Source: Thermoplasmata archaeon (GTDB lineage Archaea > Thermoplasmatota > Thermoplasmata > Lutacidiplasmatales > UBA184). Taken from it: a DNA stretch of 64,000 nucleotides. The stretch covers positions 2,224 to 66,223 of the forward strand of contig JAJZYH010000003.1 in assembly GCA_021798195.1 (NCBI GenBank), written 5' to 3'. Position numbers and translations under genes: made by a program. The notes beneath the pieces were generated by a model, which was not told the origin of the DNA, did not search any database, and saw nothing but the letters and a program-made list of their open reading frames with translations. Below are positions 10,122-18,421 of this stretch, one piece after another (position 1 is the stretch's first letter; each line of letters opens with the position of its first letter).

Positions 10122-11012
10122 TCATCGACCCGGAGGTTTCATGGCTCCTTTGGCCGCGGCCCGCACCGCAAGGGGTTCGAGACCGAATAGCGCGACGGCG
10201 TTCTCATAGAAGATCTTCCGGAGTTCCCGCGGGGAAAACCCGAGGCGCGTCACCGCCCGGACCGCAGCCAAGGGGTCGTCCAGGGGGTAGTCGCTCCCGA
10301 ACAGCAGCCGGTCCGCGCCCACCTTCCGGAGGACCCAGCCGAACCCATCGGCCAGGGGGCCCCCGGAAAGCAGGGAGGCCGTGGCGGACAGGTCCACCCA
10401 TACGTTCCGCTTCCACCAGGGGTACCGTGCCAGGATGTCGTAGACGAGCAGTTCCGCGAACTTGGGGCCGTGGGCGTGGGCCAGGACCAGCCGGGCTTCG
10501 GGGACTTCCATGGCAAGTCGGACGAATTTCCCCGGCTGGTCCGCGTCGAACGGGGAGTACGCGTCAAAGAGGACGGGGAGCCCCAGGCCAGCCGCTTCCC
10601 GGACCACGGCACGGACCTGGGGGTCCGCCACGTCAAACGCCTGCGTGTTGGGGTGGAGCTTCAACCCCTTCGCTCCCTCGCGAGCCACGCGATGGATCTC
10701 CTTCCGGGCGGAGGGACCATCGCCCGGGTGGACGGAGCACAAAGGGAAGAATCGTCCACGGGTCTCCCGGGCGAGCGACAGGATCCCGTCATTCAGGGAT
10801 CGCGTCCTCGGGAGGGCTCCCCGGGGAGCCATCACGAGGGCCGCCACGAACCGAACGTCGAGGTTCCCCAGGGTCCCCAGATAGTCCCGTGGGGAGTGGG
10901 GCCTCGTCCCCATCGTTGGCTCCCCCTCGATCATCGGATGCGTATGGGCATCGACGATGGGACCCCGATAGACCGTACGAGGTGGCCCCGGGTGGGATGG
11001 GGATGGGTCCAT
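10122..11012 (-). CDS. Amidohydrolase family (TIM-barrel metallohydrolase)
   Basis: VDAHTH, GLKLHP, LAHAH, LLFGSDYP, IFYENA. Confidence 0.88.
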   Translation of the reverse strand: MDPSPSHPGPPRTVYRGPIVDAHTHPMIEGEPTMGTRPHSPRDYLGTLGNLDVRFVAALVMAPRGALPRTRSLNDGILSLARETRGRFFPLCSVHPGDGPSARKEIHRVAREGAKGLKLHPNTQAFDVADPQVRAVVREAAGLGLPVLFDAYSPFDADQPGKFVRLAMEVPEARLVLAHAHGPKFAELLVYDILARYPWWKRNVWVDLSATASLLSGGPLADGFGWVLRKVGADRLLFGSDYPLDDPLAAVRAVTRLGFSPRELRKIFYENAVALFGLEPLAVRAAAKGAMKPPGR

Positions 11013-11375
11013 GGCCAAGGAGGGACCACCACGGGTCTCATCACCCTTGTGAGGGGTGCACCGGATCCCGCGAACGAATCCCCATTCGAGCGTCGTCCCG
11101 TCCGCGACGGGCGGAGGGTATCCTCAGGGTTCCCTCCCTCGACGCCATCTCGGAGTTCCGCCTTGTCGTTCCTGGGCCTTCTGGTGCCGGTTCTCCTCAC
11201 CCCCCCTCGCGGGAATCCAAACGGGCCACGGGGTGCCACTTCGCGGGACCTGGTGGTGTGGGATGCCGCCGCAGAGCCTTCGCCGTCCCCAGGACCTCTG
11301 GATCCGCCCACGAAGGGCCGGAGCGACATGCGGGGCGCAGGTTTATTGTGCTCCCGGATTCTGAGGGCCTGCTGG

Positions 11376-11969
11376 ATGGGAGCTCCCACGGCTACCGTGC
11401 CGCAGAGGAACGCGGGCCACCCCGGTGGGCCCACCGAACATCACGAACTCGTCCGCCAGTATCGGGAAGCGGTCGCCCGGTTGGAGAATTACCGGGGCAC
11501 GCGCCTTCTGGTCATGGACCAGGTGAGACGGTGCCTGGCCATCCTGGGAGACGAAGCGGGCCAGGTGGTGGGACCGGAGAGGTTCCGTTCCCTGCGCAAG
11601 GAGACCGAAGCCCTTTCGCTGGAGACCCCCTCCGACGCCCCGGAGGCCGATCCGTCGGACAATGGCGACCCCGCCACGGCCTGGATGGATGCCGAAAACC
11701 CTTCCGAGATGGCGGAGGCGATCTTGGAGACCACACCCACCCCCGCGAGCCCGGAGGAACGGAAACGGGCCCGGGAAGCGCTCCGGGACCTGGTGCGGGC
11801 GCTCGACGAAGCGGATGCCCGGACCCCCGATCTCCACCTCGCCATCGTCCGGGCCGAGCGGAAGCTGCGGGCGTTTGAGCAGGGACAACCCGGCCGCCCG
11901 GGAGGATCCCACGTGGCCCGAAGCAGTGTGGAGTCCGCGGAAAGCCATCCGCTCAAGGCGGATCCCTGA
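11376..11969 (+). CDS. Hypothetical helical protein
   Basis: Protein-like composition from ATG 11376; TTTATT about 30 nt upstream. Confidence 0.55.
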   Translation: MGAPTATVPQRNAGHPGGPTEHHELVRQYREAVARLENYRGTRLLVMDQVRRCLAILGDEAGQVVGPERFRSLRKETEALSLETPSDAPEADPSDNGDPATAWMDAENPSEMAEAILETTPTPASPEERKRAREALRDLVRALDEADARTPDLHLAIVRAERKLRAFEQGQPGRPGGSHVARSSVESAESHPLKADP

Positions 11970-12008
11970 GCCCGCCCTCTGGCAAGATGGGTGGCGGGCC
12001 CCCTTTCT
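11970..12008. terminator. GC hairpin between convergent genes
   Basis: GCCCGCC...GGCGGGC followed by a pyrimidine run (ccctttctc). Confidence 0.3.
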
Positions 12009-12022
12009 CGCTGACTAGGGCG

Positions 12023-12601
12023 TCACTCGGATCGAGTGCGCGATGTGCCCGGCCGTGGGACGAGACGACGCCGCAACTCTGGTACAAGATCCTCTGCCAG
12101 GTCTTGCCTTGCCACGCGGCTGACGTAGTCCCAGTCGATTTCGTCTCGATACTCGGCGGCGAGAGCGACGGCCTGGTCAAAGAGGTCCATGCCACCGCGG
12201 GGCCATACTTTCGTTTCAATCAACCGCTTCGCAATCAAGTCCTCCACCGAGGCGAGACGAACCGTGCCGTAGGGTGTCGACACCACCCGCAGTCTCCGGA
12301 CGTCACCGGTGTAATGTTGACCGACAGGATCGACCCACAGCTCAAGGTCCGAGCGTGCCCACAACCGGCCCTCTCGTTGGAACCGCCATCGCTCCAAGAT
12401 TCCGATGATCAGGAGACGCTCCCCAACGAGGTCGACGTCCCCCGAGACGTACTTTCCGCTCGTGTAGACCTCGATCGCGGATCCGCCTACGATGACGATG
12501 TCGGTCGCGGCTTCCTTCGCCAGAAGGGCCCCCAACCAGAGGTTTCTCTCGCCGCCACTCCTTGCTTTGGCGAGGATTCCGCCGAGCTCGTCCGCGTTCA
12601 A
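12023..12601 (-). CDS. Pol-beta superfamily nucleotidyltransferase (AbiEii/DUF6036-like), putative toxin
   Basis: IVGGSAI..SGDVDLV (hG[GS]..DhD), SVEDLIAKRL; ATGA overlap with upstream HTH gene. Confidence 0.72.
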   Translation of the reverse strand: MNADELGGILAKARSGGERNLWLGALLAKEAATDIVIVGGSAIEVYTSGKYVSGDVDLVGERLLIIGILERWRFQREGRLWARSDLELWVDPVGQHYTGDVRRLRVVSTPYGTVRLASVEDLIAKRLIETKVWPRGGMDLFDQAVALAAEYRDEIDWDYVSRVARQDLAEDLVPELRRRLVPRPGTSRTRSE

Positions 12602-13083
12602 TTCGTGGCACGCTTCGAGCGGACGGAAGTCGGAGCTCCGGCCTTTGCGAGGACCTCGTCCTTCTCCCGCCGCCGGCGTACGGCAGTCGCTGTGAGCGGG
12701 CGACCGGGAGTGAACCTCGATAGGTCGAGAGGCATCCGAGAGCTCCTCTGAATGGAGAGGGTTGCCCGCCGACTTCGCTCCCGGGCTCCCCGAATCAGGT
12801 CTTGGCTCCAGACGACCCGGAGGCGCCGGCGCAAAAGCATCCGCACGTCGGAGTCGACTACCCTCCAGCCGTCGCGGCCTTCGGGAGTAGGGGCTCGTTC
12901 GACTTCGTTGACCCGGAGCAACCGCCTCAGTTCCCGGTAGACGTTGGGGGGCTCCATCTCCACCATGGATGCAACGCGGTACGCCGTGAGGGGCGCTTCG
13001 GCGTTGGCCAAGGCGGCTAAGATCCTAACGCGGTCCTCCGACCCGAACAGTGCCGCGAGCCCCGGGTCTACGGTCAGCGCCAT
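12598..13083 (-). CDS. Winged-HTH protein, putative antitoxin/autorepressor
   Basis: LFGSEDRVRILAAL..LTAYRVASMV..PPNVYRELRRL. Confidence 0.75.
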   Translation of the reverse strand: MALTVDPGLAALFGSEDRVRILAALANAEAPLTAYRVASMVEMEPPNVYRELRRLLRVNEVERAPTPEGRDGWRVVDSDVRMLLRRRLRVVWSQDLIRGARERSRRATLSIQRSSRMPLDLSRFTPGRPLTATAVRRRREKDEVLAKAGAPTSVRSKRATN

Positions 13084-13090
13084 CGGATTG

Positions 13091-13111
13091 TATTAGTCAA
13101 TATGACTAATA
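13091..13111 (-). promoter_or_regulatory. Perfect inverted-repeat operator overlapping the TATA box
   Basis: TATTAGTCA-ATA-TGACTAATA just upstream of ATG 13083; minus strand reads TTTATTA across 13113-13107. Confidence 0.7.
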
Positions 13112-13169
13112 AAGATGACTGGTCGGAGTCCGCCGAGGGCGGCCCGGCGCGGAGACGGCAGCGGTTTCT

Positions 13170-13479
13170 TCACTGGTCCCGCTCGTCCGGGTCACGAATC
13201 CTACAGCCCAATTCATTGCGTGGGTCCCCTCGGACCCGGAGGCTGACCCTCCGACCCACTTCCACGGTGCCGGCCACCGTGGCGGACCCATTCACCTCCA
13301 AGGCGCCCCTCCGCTTCGATGGCCCCACAGCGGAGCGGCCCTTCCACCCGGGTGTCGTCCCCGCACTGGAACCGGCCCCGGATCTCGATTCCCGCCGACC
13401 CCGTTCCCCGTACGGATCCCCCGTGGGGCAGGTCCACCTCGTCCGTCACGCCGTCCACCACCCGTTCCTCTCCCCGCAT
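13170..13479 (-). pseudogene. Frameshifted, truncated bactofilin-like (polymer-forming beta-helix) gene remnant
   Basis: GGAGG then MRGEERVVDG..IEIRGRFQC..RVEGPLRC..IEAEGR; after a 1-nt shift near 13300 it continues LEVNGSATVAGTVEVGRRVSLRVRGD. Confidence 0.4.
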
Positions 13480-13553
13480 GAATTGCCTCCCCGGGAGAGC
13501 GCTCCCCGCGCCTCCTCCGTCGTTCCACGGAGGGGACCCTTCAAAACCCTCGC

Positions 13554-13862
13554 TCACCGGGGGTGAGCACCGGACCCCTTGGGCCGACCCCGCTCCACCG
13601 CAGCCCGAAGACGGTCCGTGGCATCCTCATCCGTGAGGCCATCCACGTGGAGACACTTGGAACGGGAGGTTCCCGCAGACACCCATCGTACGCCATTGGC
13701 TGGAACCCCTAACCACTCCGCAAGGAGACCAAGGATGTGCCGGTTCGCCTCGCCCCGCACAGGAGGCGCCCGGCAATGGACGATCCACCGTTGACGCCAG
13801 GGATCCCAGCGTAGCTCGTCGTGGGGGCTTCCCGGCACGACCCAGAGAGATACCTTGCCCAT
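13554..13862 (-). CDS. DUF167/YggU family protein
   Basis: LWVVPGS, RAPPVRGEAN, LAEWLGV, GTSRSK. Confidence 0.85.
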   Translation of the reverse strand: MGKVSLWVVPGSPHDELRWDPWRQRWIVHCRAPPVRGEANRHILGLLAEWLGVPANGVRWVSAGTSRSKCLHVDGLTDEDATDRLRAAVERGRPKGSGAHPR

Positions 13863-14001
13863 CGCTCGCGGATCCTCCTCCGTCACCCCGGTGTTCCGCG
13901 GTCACTTCTGGGATTCGCCGCATCCGGCCCGCACCGACGGATCGCAGAACTGGGCCGTGGATGGAGAGAGTGCGTTCCCAGGGAGGAGTGGATGGATGGT
14001 C

Positions 14002-15579
14002 TCATCCCTCGAGGGTCAGGGAGACCGTGATCACCCGCAAGCTGATCCCCACTGTGTACACGGGCGCCACCACGACATACACATCCTGCCCCGCATGGGC
14101 GGCGCAGATGGCGGCCGCGCTGGTGGCGCAATCGTAGACCACGGTCCCCGATATCACCTGCGGGTACTGGGCGAAGAACGACGTCCAGGCCTGGGGGTAG
14201 GGTGTGGTGATGTTCAGGAACTCCGGGGAGAGGACGGCCGTGTTGCCCTGCTGGCCGTTCACCAGTTGAAACGTGCTCTCCTTCACGAATTGGGTCTGGA
14301 TGGCCACGGAACCAGCCCCGTTCACCTCGTCGAAGTGGCTCACCTCGAACTGGATCAGGGTGAGATTTGCCGTCCAACCCTCGGGCGTTAACGAGGCGGA
14401 GAACGGGAAGGGGCTCACCATCGTCGAGTTGCTCCCGCTCAGCCCGCCCAGGATGATGGCCCCCTGCTCGAAGTCAAAGGTGGTGGACGGGTAAAAGCGG
14501 TTGGCCAGGTTCATGAAGAGGCCCCCCAGCGCCGACTGGTTGAAGTCCGTCGCCTGGACCTGGGTGAAGGCACAGGGGACGAAACCGGACTTGTTCTGCC
14601 AGATGATGGTGTTGTTGTTGGCCTCCCCGTTGGTGGGCATCCAGGTCCTCGTGGGCCCGGTGAACCGTCCCACGTTGTTCCAGAAGATGAGGCTCTGGTT
14701 CAGGTTCCGCCCGTTACTCGCCGACGTGGTGATGGGGCCGATGCTGTCGGTGGCCCCGGAGTCGGAGCTGGGGCAGATGGTGGATTGGGTGCCGATGAAC
14801 TGGGTGACCACGGAGAAGCCTTTGTTGGTCCCGGAAGCCCCGCTGAACAGGGCGCTGTAGGTATCCCCCGTCCCGCTGATGATGAAATTGATGGGTTTCA
14901 GGGTGCTGCTGGAACCCGCCGTGGAAAATTGTACCGAATCGTCGTTGCCCTGGAGGGCGATGAGGATCTCGGCTTGGTTGTTCCCGTTATAGCTGATGGA
15001 GATGACGTCGTTGCTCCCGGTGAGGTTCAGGATCAGGTTATCGTTTCCCCCCGTGACCGACACGGACAGGGTGGTGGAGTTTCCGCTCCAGTTGTAGTAG
15101 GTGGTGTGCCCCTGACCGGAACAATGGCCCGATCCCCCCGAGATGCACCCACCCAGCGGGTTCCAATCGATGTAGGGATAGTGGATCGTCGCGATGGAGA
15201 ACCCGAACTGGGAGCTCATGGAACCGGTGGGGTCCAGGCCCAGCACCGAATCCGCCGGGGCCCCATAGGGGGGGAGGGAGGGGCTCCCCAGCACCAGGGG
15301 TGCCGCGAGGCTCATGGGGGTCTGGGGGTGCGCCGCCTCGGCGAGGATGTCCGCCTGCAGCTGCTTGAGCTCGTTCTCCACCTGGAGGACGTGCTGGAAC
15401 TCGGCCGCCCTCTCCTGGGTGGGGAGGGTGTTGGCCAGGTAGTTCGCGAGCCCGCCCACCAGGATGAGGATGATGAAGGTCACGGCGATGGCGCTCGCCG
15501 CCCCGCGCCGGGAGGTGCGCAGGCGCCGACGGCCGGCGATGAAGCGGTGGGGGGAACGGGGAGATGACAGAACGGACAC
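14002..15579 (-). CDS. Large archaeal pilin-like surface protein with class III signal peptide
   Basis: RRG/AASAIAVTFIILILV, AEFQHVLQVENE, FEQGAII, NITTPYPQAW; Asn/Ser/Thr-rich with many NxS/T sequons. Confidence 0.7.
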   Translation of the reverse strand: MSVLSSPRSPHRFIAGRRRLRTSRRGAASAIAVTFIILILVGGLANYLANTLPTQERAAEFQHVLQVENELKQLQADILAEAAHPQTPMSLAAPLVLGSPSLPPYGAPADSVLGLDPTGSMSSQFGFSIATIHYPYIDWNPLGGCISGGSGHCSGQGHTTYYNWSGNSTTLSVSVTGGNDNLILNLTGSNDVISISYNGNNQAEILIALQGNDDSVQFSTAGSSSTLKPINFIISGTGDTYSALFSGASGTNKGFSVVTQFIGTQSTICPSSDSGATDSIGPITTSASNGRNLNQSLIFWNNVGRFTGPTRTWMPTNGEANNNTIIWQNKSGFVPCAFTQVQATDFNQSALGGLFMNLANRFYPSTTFDFEQGAIILGGLSGSNSTMVSPFPFSASLTPEGWTANLTLIQFEVSHFDEVNGAGSVAIQTQFVKESTFQLVNGQQGNTAVLSPEFLNITTPYPQAWTSFFAQYPQVISGTVVYDCATSAAAICAAHAGQDVYVVVAPVYTVGISLRVITVSLTLEG

Positions 15580-15615
15580 AGTTCGGGGTCCCGTGATAAT
15601 ACTCCCGGGCCCCGT

Positions 15616-16059
15616 CTAAAAGGTATCGAATGGAGGGGGGCTCCCCCTCCGGGCCGGACCGGGACGCCCGGAGGGGCGTTCCGGAGCTCCCCTCCGGGGT
15701 CGGCGGACGCCCATCCAGCGCTTCGCCTTCCGGAGGGTCCCCCAGGTCCGCACGGTGCGCACCCGGCCATTGAGCCCGGGGAGCGGATCCCGGTTCCAGA
15801 GGGTCCGGGCCGGAGCGGAGGCCCAATGGGGAACCTCCACGATGGCGCGGGAACCCTCCATGCGGATCACCCGCAGCCGGGGGGCCTCGGGCCCTCCGGG
15901 GGAATCCCGGGCCGGAAGGAGTTGGGCGAGGAGGCGCGAGAGGTCCCGGGGACCCACGCGCTCCCCGCCCCCGATCTCCACCCCGATGTAGCGAGGGCGG
16001 TGCTTCGGCTCAGCGGACGAGCTCGATGCCTTCCTCGGACTCTCCGGTTGCGTAGCCAC
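15616..16059 (-). CDS. rnp2: RNase P protein Pop5/Rpp14 family
   Basis: RPRYIGVEI, AIVEVPH, VRTVRTWGTLRKAK; start uncertain, overlaps ftsZ 3' end. Confidence 0.7.
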   Translation of the reverse strand: MATQPESPRKASSSSAEPKHRPRYIGVEIGGGERVGPRDLSRLLAQLLPARDSPGGPEAPRLRVIRMEGSRAIVEVPHWASAPARTLWNRDPLPGLNGRVRTVRTWGTLRKAKRWMGVRRPRRGAPERPSGRPGPARRGSPPPFDTF

Positions 16060-17137
16060 CCCGGGAACCCAGGAGGTTCGCGGCCTTAACACCCGTGATG
16101 ATGAGGAGCACCTTGATGGTGTTCTCCATCTCGGGGGAGGGATCCACCGTGCACCCCCAGATGATCCGGGCGCGCTTGGAGATCTTGGAGCCCACCAGGG
16201 CGGCGGCCTTCTCCGCCTCGCTCACGGTCATGCTGGGTCCGCCCACCACGCGGACCAGCGCCCCCGTGGCGTCCTTGAGGTCCACGTCCCCCAGGAGGGG
16301 GGAGGTGAGCGCCTCGTTCACGGCCTCGGTGACGCGGTCGGTGGCGGACTCGCTCTCGCCCAGCCCGATGAGGGCCACCCCGCCGTCCTTCATGATGGTC
16401 ATGAGGTCGGCGTAGTCGAGGTTCACGAGCCCCGGCTTCGTGACGATCTCCGTGATCCCCTTGATGGCGGTCATGAGGACCGCATCGGCGAGCTTGAACG
16501 CGGCGTCGAGGGGCATCCGCGGGACGAGCTCCAGGAGCTTGTCGTTCTGGATCACGATGGTGGTGTCGCAGACCCGGCGCAGGCGCTCCAGCCCGTCCTT
16601 GGCCTGCTCCATCCGGACGGCCCCCTCGGCGCTGAAGGGGATGGTGGTGACCCCCATGGTGAGGGCCCCCATCTCCTTGGCGATGCGGGCCACGAGGTGC
16701 GCGGAACCGGTCCCGGTGCCGCCCCCCATCCCCGCCGTGACGAACACGATGTTGGCGCCGTTGAGGAATCCCCGGATGTCCTCCTCGTTCTCCCGGGCCG
16801 CCTCCTCGCCCACCTCGGGGCGCGCTCCCGCGCCCAGCCCCTTGGTGCACCGGCGTCCGATGAGGATCTTCCGGGGCGAGTGGACGGTGAGGAGGTGCTT
16901 CGCATCGGTGTTGATGGCGCACATCTCCGCACCCTGGATCCCCTCCTCGGTGCAGCGGTTGATGGTGTTGGAGCCGCCTCCGCCGCACCCGACGATCCGG
17001 ATGTTGACCTTGAGCTGCTCGGCGAGCTTCGCCAGCTCGTCGTCGTCGGGGCTGACCCCACCCGGGGCGGGCCTTCGCTCTTCCAATGCCTTGTTCTCTT
17101 CGTGCTTCACAATCGCTTCCTGGATGATGGATTTCAT
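16010..17137 (-). CDS. ftsZ: Cell division protein FtsZ
   Basis: GCGGGGSN, AINTDA, GLGAGA, tubulin signature GMGGGTGTG, PGLVNLDYAD. Confidence 0.97.
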   Translation of the reverse strand: MKSIIQEAIVKHEENKALEERRPAPGGVSPDDDELAKLAEQLKVNIRIVGCGGGGSNTINRCTEEGIQGAEMCAINTDAKHLLTVHSPRKILIGRRCTKGLGAGARPEVGEEAARENEEDIRGFLNGANIVFVTAGMGGGTGTGSAHLVARIAKEMGALTMGVTTIPFSAEGAVRMEQAKDGLERLRRVCDTTIVIQNDKLLELVPRMPLDAAFKLADAVLMTAIKGITEIVTKPGLVNLDYADLMTIMKDGGVALIGLGESESATDRVTEAVNEALTSPLLGDVDLKDATGALVRVVGGPSMTVSEAEKAAALVGSKISKRARIIWGCTVDPSPEMENTIKVLLIITGVKAANLLGSRGGYATGESEEGIELVR

Positions 17138-17214
17138 GGAGACCGCCCCGAGTTGTTCACCTGTTTGTCTGCCGAGCGTCAGACGCTCGGGAGAGTATTG
17201 CGGGGGGCCCCTAC

Positions 17215-18339
17215 TTAAATCTTGGCTTCCATCGGGGCGTTTCCTGTCGGAGAGGTGTCGGACGCCCCGGTGCCAACCCGCGCGGGCGCATCTCCCCCGT
17301 CATCGCCCGTCCTTTCCCGGGCTCTCTTCCAGCGCTGGTAGGCGAGGGTCCCCGGAGGGGGTGGGGGAGGCGGAGGGCGCGTCCCGATCCACACCGCGAA
17401 CGAGAACAGGAGCGCACCCCCTCCCGCGTATCCCGCCACGGTGACCGTCGCCCCCAGCGCCACATCCGGGGCGGGGATCCGCACGAAGCTCCATCGGACC
17501 TCCGTCCCCTGGGAGGCCCCGCCGGAAGAGGGGGTCTCGATCATCCTGAGGCCGTACGCCCCGCCGGGCCCCTTGACGCTCACCGTGAGCACGGCGGGTT
17601 CCGTGGGCGGGCCCGCCGTGGTCTCCTGGATCGTCACGTTCCCCGGACCCAGGAGCACCGCCTGGACCGTGGAGGCGTTGGGCGTCGCCGCCACCAGCGC
17701 GAAGAGAATGTCCCCCGGGCCCGCCGAAAGGTTCGCCTCCGCGGCCCCTCCCGGGGCGAGCGACAGGCCCTGGGTCAGGCGCGCCTGGGCCAGCACCTGG
17801 ACCGGAGGGAGCGCCTCGTACCCGGCGAAGAGGATCAGGGCCACCAGGAGCACCGCCCCCCCGGCCATGATCCCGGTGCGGCCCCAGCGGTGCCGCCGGA
17901 TCCGCCGCTGCCCCGGGGTCTCCCCGCCCGGATGCGCCAGGGAAAGGTAGCCCACGAAGGTGAGGAGGGCCGCGAGGACGGTGGCCGGGGAGCTGGGCCC
18001 CACCGCACCTCCCACGAAGTAGCTGCCGCCCGCGAGGGAAAGGGAGGCGAAGAGGAGGGGGGCGGTGACCCCGTGCTCCCCCCGGCGCCCCGCGAGGAAG
18101 AGGCCCAACGGGAGCAAGAGCGCCACGGCCGCCGCCACAGCGAGGTATCCTGCGAGGTGGATCCCCCACGGGACCGCGAGGAGGGAATCGGCCGCACCGA
18201 GCTCCAGGGCGAGGGAAAGGGTGAGAAGGACCACCACCAGCCACCAGAGGGGGCGAGGGCGTCGCGGGCGCTCCGGCCCCTTTCCCGCATAGGGTTGGTT
18301 CGTCACGGGGGATTCCGGGCCCCGGGAAGCGTCCACCAC
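17215..18339 (-). CDS. Hypothetical multi-pass membrane protein with an extracytoplasmic beta domain
   Basis: About 5 N-terminal hydrophobic helices, beta-rich domain, C-terminal TM helix and poly-Pro. Confidence 0.6.
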   Translation of the reverse strand: MVDASRGPESPVTNQPYAGKGPERPRRPRPLWWLVVVLLTLSLALELGAADSLLAVPWGIHLAGYLAVAAAVALLLPLGLFLAGRRGEHGVTAPLLFASLSLAGGSYFVGGAVGPSSPATVLAALLTFVGYLSLAHPGGETPGQRRIRRHRWGRTGIMAGGAVLLVALILFAGYEALPPVQVLAQARLTQGLSLAPGGAAEANLSAGPGDILFALVAATPNASTVQAVLLGPGNVTIQETTAGPPTEPAVLTVSVKGPGGAYGLRMIETPSSGGASQGTEVRWSFVRIPAPDVALGATVTVAGYAGGGALLFSFAVWIGTRPPPPPPPPGTLAYQRWKRARERTGDDGGDAPARVGTGASDTSPTGNAPMEAKI

Positions 18340-18421
18340 ATAACCCCATCCCGTTCCCGCATGGCCCGGCGGGGTCCCGGTCCGGGCAAGCTTTTCTCCC
18401 GGGGCCGGATGCGAGGGGGTC

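Noticed and set aside
11013-11375. N-terminal extension of ORF 10470-11969 or an ncRNA
   Set aside because: Extension overlaps the amidohydrolase antisense; TATA-like element supports the 11376 start; no recognisable RNA motif
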